Origin: Desulfosoma sp.
Lineage (GTDB): Bacteria > Desulfobacterota > Syntrophobacteria > Syntrophobacterales > DSM-9756
Reading direction: 5' to 3'
Assembly: GCA_037481835.1 (NCBI GenBank)
Contig: JBBFKW010000011.1
Coordinates: 64,001-128,000 of the forward strand
DNA: 64,000 nucleotides
The translations under genes were made by a program, and so were the position numbers. The first letter of the stretch is position 1. Each line of letters begins with the position of its first letter. Of the stretch, positions 20,016-29,917 are shown in pieces. The notes under the pieces are model-generated. The model ran no database searches. It had not been told where the DNA came from and worked only from the letters and a program-made list of their open reading frames with translations.

Positions 20016-22234
20016 GAGGCCCTGTCCGCAAGACGGCAGCTTCGGGTTTTTTGAAGGGCCTTCAGGATCCTTTCAAACCGGAAAGGCTTTTCCACGAAAT
20101 CCGCCGCACCCTTGGCCAGAAGTTCTTCCCGCTTGTCAGGGTCCAGATACCCCGTGGCGATGATGACAGGAAGGTCCGGATGGCGTTTGAGGATTTCTTC
20201 CAGACATCGGGCGCCCCCCATGCCCGGCATGTTGAGGTCCAAAATGACGCCGTCGGGTTTGGGATCCATGCTGCCGAGAAGGAGCAGGGCCGTTTCTCCA
20301 TCTGCGGCCGTTTGCACGTGCAACCCGTAACTTTCTAAGAGATTTTGTCCGATTTCCAGCAGATGGGGCTCGTCATCCACGAGAAGGATACGCAAGCCGT
20401 CCAGGTTCACCTGGACGACGTCTTCTTCTTTGGGGGCGAAGGCTGCCGGCTCGGTCGTTGTGACCGGGAAATAGATGTGGAACCGGGTGCCTTTGCCCCG
20501 CTCGCTGTCACAGACGATACCGCCGCCGAAGCGCTTGATCACGCTGTAGACGATGGCAAGCCCCAAGCCTGTGCCCTTGTCGGGGGTCTTGGTTGTAAAA
20601 AAAGGCTCATAGATGCGCTCTTGAATCTCCTGCGGAATGCCGGGGCCCGTGTCCATGATGGAAAGGCGCACCGCGGGTCCCGTGCGGAGTATGCCGAGCT
20701 TTTGGGCCATCACGGAATCCACGTCGGCCGGGCTGGTTTCGATGGTGATGGTTCCTCCCTCCGGCATGGCGTCCCGGGTGTTCATGACCAGGTTCATGAC
20801 GACCTGTTCCAATTGGTTGGCATCGGCCGTGACCTTTCCCAGATGGCCTTCCAGGCGAAGGTCCAAACGATACATCTTGGGCAGAACCCGCTCGAGCATC
20901 TCGCACACCCGCACCACCGCCGTGTTGATGTCGACGGGTGTGACTTTTTCCTCGGTCTTTCGCCCGTAAATGAGCAACTGCCGGGTGAGGTTGGCTCCTC
21001 GATCCACGGTTTGAAAGAGCTTCTGGAGAAAGACCCGGTCGGGATGATCCTCGTCGACCCGTTTCGAGAGAATATGGAGGTACCCGTGGATCATTTGCAA
21101 AATGTTGTTGAAATCGTGGGCGATGCCCCCGGCCAGCGTGCCGATGGCTTCCAGTTTCTGGAGTTGGACCAGCTCCTGTTTCATCTGGCGCTTTTCCGTC
21201 ACGTCCCGGGCGATGCATAAGAGCGCGGGCTGCTGCTGCCATTCCATGGGCACCACGTTCATGTCCACACAAATGAGGCGCCCCGACGGATGGGCAAAGC
21301 GCAGGGTGGTCAAAGGAGGGACAGCTTGGGGGTTGAGTTCCAAGGTTTCAAAGAGCTGCATCAAAGCGTCTTGGTCGTCCGGGACCACGTGATCCAGGAG
21401 CAGGCTTTCCTCGATTTCTTCCAAAGGTCGGCCGAAAAGGCTCAGGGTGCGCGGGTTGGGAAACCTGATGCGCCCCTCTTGACAGATGAAGATGGCGTCG
21501 TTGGCGTTTTCCACAAGATGTCGGTACTTGGCTTCCGTCTCTTCAACGGACGATTCCAGTTTCTTCGAATATTCTTCCAGCTTGGCGCGTGTGCGCGCCA
21601 GTTCGTTCCTAAGGAGGAATTCCCGCCATCGGTGGGTGTGGTCGATGTGGGCGGCGATGAGAATGATGGCCAGGGTGCCCAGGACAAAAAGGTTGTTGGC
21701 GAAAAACATGTTCAGGGCGGGATAGGGATCCAACCCAAAGGCGCTCGCCGCATAGAGGACATAGAGGGCGATGCAGTTTGGAGCCAACTTCTTTACAGGA
21801 ACGGGCAGGACCACGCAGTAGGTGAGAAAGACCAGATTAAGCCCCGCATAATACGGGGTGTGGGTTCCGCCCGTATCCACGATCATCGCGATGATGCAGA
21901 GCCCCACCGCGTAAAACGCCAAGGTGCCCAAAACGAAGCTGTTCACAGGCCGCCGCTTTTGCCGATTGACCAGGTAAAGCACCCAACAGGTGATGGCCGC
22001 AAGAATGCGGTAGACGATGAATTTTTCAAAAAGGGCGGGAAAGAGCAGAGCATCCAAGATGCCGAAAAGGGGCACGAGGGTGCCGCCCATGATCAAAATG
22101 ACGTTCACCCGAAAGCGCAGGAGAGCCTTGAGCTCTTCGGCAAAGCCCTCCTGGAGTGCCTTTAAATTCGGCGCGGGGATGGAAGGGGCCGTCTCTAATG
22201 CCCATAGCCCGCCGAAAATTTTATCCTCGGCCAT
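20012..22234 (-). CDS. Membrane-bound hybrid sensor histidine kinase (about 6 TM, PAS, HisKA, HATPase, receiver), PhcS-like input domain
   Basis: H-box LAGGIAHDFNN, N-box QVVMNLVMN, DTGPGI, EPFFTTK, GTGLGL, and receiver LLVDDE...DLNMPGMGG...KPF. Confidence 0.92.
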   Translation of the reverse strand: MAEDKIFGGLWALETAPSIPAPNLKALQEGFAEELKALLRFRVNVILIMGGTLVPLFGILDALLFPALFEKFIVYRILAAITCWVLYLVNRQKRRPVNSFVLGTLAFYAVGLCIIAMIVDTGGTHTPYYAGLNLVFLTYCVVLPVPVKKLAPNCIALYVLYAASAFGLDPYPALNMFFANNLFVLGTLAIILIAAHIDHTHRWREFLLRNELARTRAKLEEYSKKLESSVEETEAKYRHLVENANDAIFICQEGRIRFPNPRTLSLFGRPLEEIEESLLLDHVVPDDQDALMQLFETLELNPQAVPPLTTLRFAHPSGRLICVDMNVVPMEWQQQPALLCIARDVTEKRQMKQELVQLQKLEAIGTLAGGIAHDFNNILQMIHGYLHILSKRVDEDHPDRVFLQKLFQTVDRGANLTRQLLIYGRKTEEKVTPVDINTAVVRVCEMLERVLPKMYRLDLRLEGHLGKVTADANQLEQVVMNLVMNTRDAMPEGGTITIETSPADVDSVMAQKLGILRTGPAVRLSIMDTGPGIPQEIQERIYEPFFTTKTPDKGTGLGLAIVYSVIKRFGGGIVCDSERGKGTRFHIYFPVTTTEPAAFAPKEEDVVQVNLDGLRILLVDDEPHLLEIGQNLLESYGLHVQTAADGETALLLLGSMDPKPDGVILDLNMPGMGGARCLEEILKRHPDLPVIIATGYLDPDKREELLAKGAADFVEKPFRFERILKALQKTRSCRLADRAS

Positions 22235-22281
22235 GATGTGTTTTTTCTTTCAAGTCCTCAAAGAGCGCACGCCTAGGAGCC

Positions 22282-23763
22282 TCAGGACGTTTCGTTCTGA
22301 CGGCGTGCGACAACGAACAGATTGATCCCTTCCGGTTCCGAAAGGATCGTCACCCGGTCCCCGAAGGGGGTTTCCGCAAAAACCTCGCGAAGCTCTTTTT
22401 CGCTCCGATGGATGAGCTTCCAGTGCAAGATGTGGTCCATGACGGCTTTGTTGGGGTTGCTGGGGGCGAAATTGCCGATGATGAGGCAGCCTCCCGGTTT
22501 CAAGTGTTCGTGGCACCGCGTGACGAGCGCCGCAAAGAGCCGGCGGTCCAGGTAGTCCGTTAAACCGGCCGAATAGATGATGTCTTGAGGGGCAAGGCTC
22601 TGGCGGTTTCGTCCCAGAGCCCATCGGACGGCGTTGTCGTTTAAATAACGGATTCTGGCCCGGTGGGAAAAGGTGTTGACGGTGGTGTCCGTATAGTGGA
22701 GCGCTTCCACGTCGGCGTCCATGCAGGTGGCTTCCACACGGTCGTCCAAGGGGCATTCTTTAAGGAAATCAAACAATTCCCGGCTGGATCCACACGCCAG
22801 ATTCAGGATGCGGATGGTTCCGTTGGAGGACAAATCCCGAAGGGTACGGCGGAGAAGTTCTTCGGCCAGTAAAGAGCGACGCCCCCGCACGGCTCGAGAG
22901 GCCGGGGAATTGAGGCACCAGGCGTCCACCAGGAGTCCGAGTTTGCCGTCGCCTTCCGGTCGGTTTTTGTAGATCATTTCCATCATGAGAAAGTCGCCGG
23001 CATATCCTTTCGGCTTGTAATAGGCCCGTTCGGCGAAGCGGCTCCTCATGAAGTAAGGAAAGAGTTCCTTGAAAACATAGCCCCAGGCGTAATCTTGAAA
23101 TTCGCTTTGCGCCACAAGGGGATCCAGATCCCGAAGGCTGTCGTTCAAAGAGTTCAGGATGTCCGTGCAGCGTTCCTGAAGAACATGCGATTCCTCCCCG
23201 TCGGCCTTGCCTTGCTGCAGGGCGTAGCTCAGATCGAAAAGTTCCGCCTTGGTTTTTTCCACCACTTCATGGATGAGCGTTCCGGGGCGGCTGCGGAAAA
23301 ATTCCTCGGGAACGGGACGCGCTTCATAGAAGTGCCTTCGCCCGGTGGAGAGGGATGCGGCGTAGGCTGTAAGGGGTTCCCGTTCCTCCAACACACGCCG
23401 AAACTTGGAACACACCGATCGCGCCACGTCCGTAATGAGCGCGCTGTATCGATAGGGGTCGGCGTGGCGAAGCGCCTCCATGGATTCCCAGTCGAAGAGG
23501 CGCAAAACGGTGCGCTCTGTGGCCCGAACAGTGCGCACTCGGGACACCCCGTCGAAGAAACCGGTTTCGCCGAAAAATTCCCCGGGCCCGATGTACGCCA
23601 CGGCGATGGTTGTGCCGTTTTGGCCGAAGGCGACTTCTACGGCTCCCTGTTCCACGTAGTAAAGGCAGCGTTCCCGGTCCCCTCGAACGAGGATATTTTC
23701 TCCTTTGGCATAGACGGCCTTGTGCCCGAGCGATTCCAAAACATCGTGCGACGGTTCTTCCAT
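22282..23763 (-). CDS. Cyclic-nucleotide-binding domain fused to a class I SAM methyltransferase (PhcB-like)
   Basis: N-terminal cNMP motif (YYVEQGAVEV...GPGEFFGE...RVRTVRA). C-terminal YYKPKGYAGDF, ILNLACGSSRE, DIIYSAGLTDYL and LKPGGCLIIGNF. Confidence 0.85.
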   Translation of the reverse strand: MEEPSHDVLESLGHKAVYAKGENILVRGDRERCLYYVEQGAVEVAFGQNGTTIAVAYIGPGEFFGETGFFDGVSRVRTVRATERTVLRLFDWESMEALRHADPYRYSALITDVARSVCSKFRRVLEEREPLTAYAASLSTGRRHFYEARPVPEEFFRSRPGTLIHEVVEKTKAELFDLSYALQQGKADGEESHVLQERCTDILNSLNDSLRDLDPLVAQSEFQDYAWGYVFKELFPYFMRSRFAERAYYKPKGYAGDFLMMEMIYKNRPEGDGKLGLLVDAWCLNSPASRAVRGRRSLLAEELLRRTLRDLSSNGTIRILNLACGSSRELFDFLKECPLDDRVEATCMDADVEALHYTDTTVNTFSHRARIRYLNDNAVRWALGRNRQSLAPQDIIYSAGLTDYLDRRLFAALVTRCHEHLKPGGCLIIGNFAPSNPNKAVMDHILHWKLIHRSEKELREVFAETPFGDRVTILSEPEGINLFVVARRQNETS

Positions 23764-24085
23764 AAGGTGCAGCCTCCCCGTTCCCTTTCGCAAGGCCCTT
23801 GCACGACGATTCCATGGGTCTATGAAAAGGATCGGCCGCTCAAAAGATTTTCTTGAAGCCTTTAAAGGCTCCCTCCAAAGGCTTTCTTTCGGCCTGGTTC
23901 AAAAACATCCACTGGGACGCTCCCCCTCCATCACCGTGGATTCTTTTTATCCGCTTCGAGCCTGCCCCGTGCCGGGACGACCGCCCCGAACCCATGGGGG
24001 TCTTCCTTGGAAGCCTCTGTCAATCTCTTAGAATCATTAGAAAATCCCATGTGTGCCTGCCCAGTCGGCCTGACAGGGAAGGGTA

Positions 24086-24100
24086 TGGCACGGCTGTTGC
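24086..24100 (+). promoter_or_regulatory. Sigma54 (-24/-12) promoter
   Basis: TGGCACGGCTGTTGC matches TGGCACG-N4-TTGC exactly, 80 bp upstream of the ZraP-like gene. Confidence 0.85.
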
Positions 24101-24180
24101 CTTATTGAAGAACCGAAGGCGACAGGGTCCCGGGAACGGCTCGGGAGGCACAAATCATCGATGCATGAAAGGAGTTTCTC

Positions 24181-24555
24181 ATGAAAGGGATGCGATGGGT
24201 TTTGGTTCTGGGTCTGGTTTTCGTAGCGGCGTCTTCGGTCTGGGCGCGCGGCCCCTACGGGCCGGGGATGGGCCCCTGCTGGGCGCAGTCGACCCCCGAG
24301 GGGCAGGCCTTTGCCGAGGAAGTTGCGCCGCTTCGCCAACAGCTCTACCAAAAGCAGTTGCAGTATCAGCAGATGCTCAACGACCCCAATACCGACCCCA
24401 AGGCGTTGGGCACGACGGCTCGTGAAATGCAACAGATCCGGCAGCAGATTTGGCAGAAGGCTCAGGACGCCGGTATCCCCTGCGGCTACGGTCCCAAAGG
24501 GCGGGGAGCCGGGTGGGGCATGGGAGCCGGTCCCGGAATGGGGCAAACCCAATAA
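24181..24555 (+). CDS. ZraP/Spy/CpxP-family periplasmic protein
   Basis: Signal peptide, Gly/Met-rich ends, helical core LRQQLYQKQLQYQQMLNDPNTD, and an upstream sigma54 promoter as in zraP. Confidence 0.78.
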   Translation: MKGMRWVLVLGLVFVAASSVWARGPYGPGMGPCWAQSTPEGQAFAEEVAPLRQQLYQKQLQYQQMLNDPNTDPKALGTTAREMQQIRQQIWQKAQDAGIPCGYGPKGRGAGWGMGAGPGMGQTQ

Positions 24556-24562
24556 GGACCAT

Positions 24563-24592
24563 GGTCGGGGTTCGCCCAGCGGACCCCGGCCC
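24563..24592. terminator. Hairpin between convergent genes
   Basis: GGTCGGGGTTCGC...GCGGACCCCGGCC inverted repeat; there is no clear U-tract. Confidence 0.45.
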
Positions 24593-24610
24593 TCACCTCA
24601 CAAACGCTCA

Positions 24611-25951
24611 TTAAAAGCCGGCTGCCTGCTGGCGGATCTGGGCCAGAGGCATGTCGGCAATCAATTTTTCAAGCTGATTGGCCGAGAAGCCGCAGCGGCG
24701 TATGGCGGGAATCACGGGTTCCGGGTCCAACCGTTCCATTTGGGCTCCAGCGAGGAACCGGTTCGTGATGAAGTCCGCCACCGTGATCAAGGCCACTTCT
24801 TCCGGAGCCACCTGGGTGATGAGCGCATCCGCCTTGTGATGGCCGGAAACCACCTCGGCCACGTCCACGGGAAGGTTCCAGTGTCGCACCAGAAGAGCCC
24901 CCGCTTCCGAATGGTCCATGCCGAAAAGTTCTTTTTCGATGTCCTTCAAGGGGCGGGTGCTGTGGAGCGCCTGCCGGTAGAAAAGCGGGGCGTGTTCGGT
25001 GACGAGCTGGTCCAAGACGACCTTGCCGATATCATGCAGGAGGCCGTACGTGTAGGCGCGCCCTTGAACCAGTCCCAGCCGGCGGGCCAAGAATTCGGCT
25101 ACCAAGGCCGTCGTCACGGCGTGCTGAAAAAGGCCGCCTTTGCACAGGGAATAGCCCCCCGGTTTGGACGGAAAGATGCCTGAAAGAAAAACCGACAAAG
25201 CGAGTTGCAGAATGCGCCTTTCGCCGAGGAACACCAAGGCGCGGTCGAGGGATTCGATTTTTTCCGGAGCCCCGTATATGGGCGAATTGCACAGGGCCAA
25301 CACCTTGGCCGCGAGCACTTGATCCAAGCGGATTTCCCGACTGATTTCCCCCATCTGGTAGGTTTCGGACCGCAGGAGGGAGAGGATCTTGAAAGCGATT
25401 TGGGGGATGGGTTTCACGTGAGCCACGGCGTTTTCCACGGTCGTTCGATCCGGCTTAGGGATAGGGTGCGATGTCCCCGGCCGAAAAAAATGGCTGCCTA
25501 CCGGAACGATTTCCGGGGTCCAGTCGAGGCAATGCAGTCGAAGGCAGCAGGTGAAGGTCCCGCCGGTTTCACTGACTTTGACGGGGATTCGGGTCGAACG
25601 CAGGAAGAGCTCAACGCGTTCCAACGTGCGGGCGCCCAGTTGAAGATCCAGCTGCACGTCGTCGCTTGGGCCCACGATGGCCCCGCCGGCGACGGCGGCT
25701 TCCATCCGGGACGCTTTGGCCCCTTTGTTTTCCAGGGCGTTCAGGAAGAGGGGAAGGCCCGTGGCCGCATACCGCAGCGGCTCGGCCGGAGGCCCCCCGC
25801 CGCTCAGAGGTTCGGCCAAAAGGGCATGGAACAAGCCGCCCACTCCGGCCTCCTTGTCCCACAAAGCCACTCCCACACAGGTTCCCAAATAGGCCTCCAA
25901 CACCTCGGGGCCCCGAGAACGCACGGCCATTTCCCCTGAAGGGACAATCAC
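24611..25951 (-). CDS. CheD-like deamidase domain fused to an HDOD domain
   Basis: N-terminal AYLGTCVGVALWD...GGLFHALL (CheD Cys/His). C-terminal DQVLAAKVLALCNSPIYG and GLLHDIGKVVL. AGGAGG RBS before GTG 25951. Confidence 0.85.
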   Translation of the reverse strand: MIVPSGEMAVRSRGPEVLEAYLGTCVGVALWDKEAGVGGLFHALLAEPLSGGGPPAEPLRYAATGLPLFLNALENKGAKASRMEAAVAGGAIVGPSDDVQLDLQLGARTLERVELFLRSTRIPVKVSETGGTFTCCLRLHCLDWTPEIVPVGSHFFRPGTSHPIPKPDRTTVENAVAHVKPIPQIAFKILSLLRSETYQMGEISREIRLDQVLAAKVLALCNSPIYGAPEKIESLDRALVFLGERRILQLALSVFLSGIFPSKPGGYSLCKGGLFQHAVTTALVAEFLARRLGLVQGRAYTYGLLHDIGKVVLDQLVTEHAPLFYRQALHSTRPLKDIEKELFGMDHSEAGALLVRHWNLPVDVAEVVSGHHKADALITQVAPEEVALITVADFITNRFLAGAQMERLDPEPVIPAIRRCGFSANQLEKLIADMPLAQIRQQAAGF

Positions 25952-26247
25952 GCTTCGCACCTCCTTGCCTCTTCCCAGCATGAACGAATTCCACCGTGCC
26001 CCTGAAAAGGGCGATAGTCGGTCAGCCAAGCGCCCTGACCGGGACAAGAATAGCGTCCCTACGGGCACACGCCCAAGAAAGGATCGGACCGACCCGCAAC
26101 ACGGCTAGAAAATAAGCCGCTTGCTGCTAAAGTAAAGACGGCCCCTCGTTTTTCACGGTCTCGACACCGCTTGTATCACAAAGGCGTTGGGACTGTCATC
26201 CGATTGAGCCCATGAGGAGACATCCAAGGGCGGACCCCATGGGCTTG

Positions 26248-26574
26248 TCATTCAACCGTGATCAAATCTTTGATGGCTTCGAACTTCTTGTCTCCGATTC
26301 CCTGCACGTTCTTGATATCCTCTTTGGCTTTGAACGGACCGTGGGCTTGGCGGTATTGAACGATGCGTTCGGAGATGGCGGGGCCGATTCCGGGAAGCGC
26401 TTGCAACTGTTGGGCATCGGCGGTGTTGATGTTGACGAGGGTGGTTGGTTTGCCGGGTGCCGGGGCTTGCTGCTGCCCCACGGCGGGGAAGGCGCCCAAG
26501 GCGATGAAAGCGGCCGCAAGGAGGACAAGCCATGCCGCCGCCCGTCGCAACGTGAAGGACATGTCCAGTTTCAT
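26248..26574 (-). CDS. comEA: ComEA-family helix-hairpin-helix DNA-binding protein
   Basis: Signal peptide, VNINTADAQQLQALPGIGP...A.RIVQYR...GPF, and VQGIGDK. Confidence 0.9.
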   Translation of the reverse strand: MKLDMSFTLRRAAAWLVLLAAAFIALGAFPAVGQQQAPAPGKPTTLVNINTADAQQLQALPGIGPAISERIVQYRQAHGPFKAKEDIKNVQGIGDKKFEAIKDLITVE

Positions 26575-26775
26575 AGTCTACTCCTTATATTGTGCCGAAG
26601 GCGTCCGCCCGAGGATGTCCGAAAGGAGGTTTTTCTTATTCATATCCGCAGTGCTCGCGTGGTGTCGATAGGAAAATGAGGGGGTTCGTCCTCGGAGAAA
26701 CGATGGCGCTTGATGCCTGGCCCGGCTCGTGGCAGACTACGACCACCGTGGATTCGGAACGCGAAAGGGCTTCCC

Positions 26776-27852
26776 ATGCGCGACCTTCTGGAACTCACCA
26801 AAAAACTTATCACCTTCCGGACCATGCACACTCGGCCGGATGAGATCCGCCGGTGCGCTGATTTCATCGAATCCTTCCTGCGATCCGTTCCGGTTGGAGT
26901 GAGGCGCATGGAGCGCGACGGCATTCCCTCCCTCTGGGTCCTTCCGGAGGCGGATCGCGTGCCTGTGCTCCTCATGAGCCATATCGACGTGGTTGCCGCG
27001 CCGGAATCCCTGTTCGAACCCGTGGAACGGGACGGCTGCCTGTACGGCCGAGGAAGCATCGACGACAAGTACGCCGTTGCCCTATCCCTCCTGCTCCTCG
27101 CTCGACATGTGAAGGAACAGGCTGCCCGCGGCCAAGGGCTGGAACGCCTTCCCTTCGGCATTCTCATCACGGGGGATGAGGAGATCGGGGGCTACCGTGG
27201 GGCCCGAGAGGCTCTGCCCGGAATCCCTGCGGATTTCGCCATTGCCTTGGACGGCGGAAGCCTCCACGAAATCATCGTCAAAGAAAAGGGAATCCTGCGC
27301 CTTCGCTTGATCGCCCAGGGCAGGACTGCTCATGGGGCCCGGCCTTGGCTCGGCCGAAACGCCATCGAAATCCTCATGGACGATCTCAACGCCGTGAAGG
27401 CCCTGTTTGCCGAACACACCGAAGATCACTGGCACCGCACGCTCAATATCGGCCTCATCCAGGGAGGCGTGTCCGTCAACCAGGTTCCCGACAGGGCGGA
27501 AGCGCACCTGGACATCCGATACACGGAAAACGACGATCCGGACGACCTTGTGGATGCCATCCGTCGCGCAGTGCGGTCCCATGTGGACGTGGTGGAGTGC
27601 GAGCCCCTGTTCCTCGGGGAGACTTCCGGCCCGGTCCAGATCCTCTTGAACCTCGTCCCGGGGGCCCGTCTCGGCCGAGCCCACGGGGCTTCAGATGCTC
27701 GGTTTCTCTCCCAGTTCGGTATCCCCGGCGTTGTCTGGGGCGCCGACGGCGAAGAAAGCCAGCATGCGGAAAACGAGCACGTGACCATCGACAGCATGGT
27801 GCGGCTTTACGAGACTCTTGATCAATTCGTGCGGATTTTGGGGAACAGTTGA
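26776..27852 (+). CDS. M20 family metallopeptidase/deacylase (ArgE/DapE-like)
   Basis: SHIDVV, LYGRGSIDDK, DEEIGG, AHGARPWLGRNA, SDARF and QHAENE. Confidence 0.9.
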   Translation: MRDLLELTKKLITFRTMHTRPDEIRRCADFIESFLRSVPVGVRRMERDGIPSLWVLPEADRVPVLLMSHIDVVAAPESLFEPVERDGCLYGRGSIDDKYAVALSLLLLARHVKEQAARGQGLERLPFGILITGDEEIGGYRGAREALPGIPADFAIALDGGSLHEIIVKEKGILRLRLIAQGRTAHGARPWLGRNAIEILMDDLNAVKALFAEHTEDHWHRTLNIGLIQGGVSVNQVPDRAEAHLDIRYTENDDPDDLVDAIRRAVRSHVDVVECEPLFLGETSGPVQILLNLVPGARLGRAHGASDARFLSQFGIPGVVWGADGEESQHAENEHVTIDSMVRLYETLDQFVRILGNS

Positions 27853-27897
27853 ACAGCCTCCCCAAATGTTTAGCCCCTCTTGAACAAAGGATATGTG

Positions 27898-28299
27898 ATG
27901 GACGAAAAACCGCGGCTCCTCGTGTGGAACTTCACCCCGGAGGAAAAGGAGAAACTCGATCGCATGTTGGAATTGGTCAAGGCCCCTCCGGCTTTCAGCA
28001 TCTCTCCCTCCCAGGGGCACATGCTGGTTCGCGATATCCTTCACTCGGATCAGGCGGGGACCGAAGAGTTCGTGTGCGACGAAAAAATCGTCCTTTTCTA
28101 CAACATTCCCCAGAAAGGCGTTTTGTTCCTCATCCAAAAGTTCAAAGACGCCGATTTGCCCCGCCCCATTTTCGCCGTCGTCACCGAGCATTCCATCAAC
28201 TGGCCTTTCAGCGAACTGGCGGCGCATCTCATCGAAGAGCGCCGTGCGGTTCGGGAGCGGTCCAAAAAGGGGGACACGGATACGGAGTCTTCTTCGTAA
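27898..28299 (+). CDS. Conserved hypothetical protein (DUF3783-like)
   Basis: C-terminal pattern IFAVVTEHSINWPFSELAAHLIEER, recalled as typical of this family. Confidence 0.65.
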   Translation: MDEKPRLLVWNFTPEEKEKLDRMLELVKAPPAFSISPSQGHMLVRDILHSDQAGTEEFVCDEKIVLFYNIPQKGVLFLIQKFKDADLPRPIFAVVTEHSINWPFSELAAHLIEERRAVRERSKKGDTDTESSS

Positions 28300-28346
28300 C
28301 GGCCTTGTGGCACGGGGCCATTTCGAACCGACAATCGGAGGACGGC

Positions 28347-29783
28347 ATGAGCCTAAAGCGAATCACGAAGAACGCGGTGTTTCTCTCTTTAGTCTGGATG
28401 TTTGTCGGTGCGGCGATCGCATGGGCTGAGGTTCGGGAACGCACCGTCACGATCAGCCAAAGCGGGATCGCCCTCTTTCGGGAAGTGGATGTGCTGGCTG
28501 TTCCCCCGGGACGTCACACCGTGGTTCTCGAAGGGTTTCCCCAGACCATGGATTTGGAAACCCTGACGGTTCGGCCCTTGACGGAAGGGGAAAACCTCTC
28601 GACCTATACTTTGGTCGCCCATTACCGGCCGATTTCGGAAAACCAGCTTCTCAAGAACTTTGTCGGCAAGCAGGTGGATCTGGTCATGACCAATCCCAAG
28701 GGGAGTCTGGACGCCCGCATGGTGCGGCGTGTCCAGGTGCTTTCGGAGGGGACCGAAGGGGGATCACCGGTGTTCCTCACGGAAGACGGGGTGTACACGG
28801 GCGAGTATCACGGGATCTTTTTCCCGTCCCTTCCCGAGGTCCTGACGGCGGAACCCAAGGCTTTTTGGGACGTGGAAAATAAGAATAAGGCCCCCGTGGA
28901 GGTCCGCGCGGAAAGGCTTTACGAGGCGAGCGGCCTGCAGTGGAAGGCCTTTTACGTGCTTTACCTCAATGCTGAAGCATCGCAGGCGGCCCTGGAAGGC
29001 CGGGTTCTTTTACATAACACCACGGACGTGGATTTTCCGGGCGTCAAGGTTCTGCTGCTGGCCGGGGATCTGCGCCAAGCTCGCCGCGGCGTCACGCCTC
29101 GAGCGCCCATGGCCGACATGGCCCGTGCGGCCAAAGCCGCCGCTCCCATGGAAGCGACGCCTGTGTTCGAATACCACTTGTATCGGCTTCCTGAGCCTGT
29201 CACGCTGGGGGCCGGAGATCCCGTGCAGGTGACCTTGGTGAAGGCGCCTTCGGTTCCCGTGGAACGGCGGTTGGTGAGCACGGGGGACGGGTCCGGGGCG
29301 GAATGGGGCCGCGAACGCAACGAAAGCCAAAAGCAGCCGGTCAGGGCTTTGTTCGATATCCGGAACGAAGTCGGAGCGGGCTTGGGCATGCCCCTGCCCG
29401 CCGGCCAGGTGTCGGCCCGCCTGATCACGGAAAATGGGGAAGCCATCCCCTTGGGCGAAGATACCATTGAGCACACGCCCGTCCATGGAACGCTTCATTT
29501 GGAATTCGGCCGGTCTTTCGACGTGCGGGTGGAACGCGCCCTCGTGGAGGCCAAAAAAGTGGGCCAACAGGTGCAACGCCTGCGGTGGGTTTTGACCGTC
29601 TTTAACGGCAAGGCTCAGCCGGAACGGATTTTCTTGGAAGACACCCTGTCCGGGGACTGGAAGATCATCCAGTCGAGCCAGCCTTACGAAAAGGTCCACG
29701 CCGGGCTTGTGCGCTTTCCCGTGGAGGTGCCGGCCCAGGGACGAGCGGAAGTCTCCTACGAAGTGGAAATAACGTCCCGGTGA
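28347..29783 (+). CDS. Exported DUF4139/DUF4140-type protein
   Basis: Signal peptide, LYEASGLQWKAFY, VLLLAGD, FEYHLYRL, GLGMPLPAG, and LGEDTIEHTP. Confidence 0.75.
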   Translation: MSLKRITKNAVFLSLVWMFVGAAIAWAEVRERTVTISQSGIALFREVDVLAVPPGRHTVVLEGFPQTMDLETLTVRPLTEGENLSTYTLVAHYRPISENQLLKNFVGKQVDLVMTNPKGSLDARMVRRVQVLSEGTEGGSPVFLTEDGVYTGEYHGIFFPSLPEVLTAEPKAFWDVENKNKAPVEVRAERLYEASGLQWKAFYVLYLNAEASQAALEGRVLLHNTTDVDFPGVKVLLLAGDLRQARRGVTPRAPMADMARAAKAAAPMEATPVFEYHLYRLPEPVTLGAGDPVQVTLVKAPSVPVERRLVSTGDGSGAEWGRERNESQKQPVRALFDIRNEVGAGLGMPLPAGQVSARLITENGEAIPLGEDTIEHTPVHGTLHLEFGRSFDVRVERALVEAKKVGQQVQRLRWVLTVFNGKAQPERIFLEDTLSGDWKIIQSSQPYEKVHAGLVRFPVEVPAQGRAEVSYEVEITSR

Positions 29784-29917
29784 TCCAGGAAGGAGCGGTC
29801 CCCTCGCTGATGTTTTTCTGGAGCGGGGGGCCTCCTGCAGGGCGCGAAAACACATCCGTTTTCATTGGCTGTTTTTCCGAAGATCAGCGGGTGCGGTTGT
29901 GCGCGGCCCGCGCCTTC

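Noticed and set aside
27849..28346. N-terminal extension of the DUF4139-type ORF
   Set aside because: It overlaps the real 27898-28299 gene. The RBS and signal peptide point to ATG 28347.
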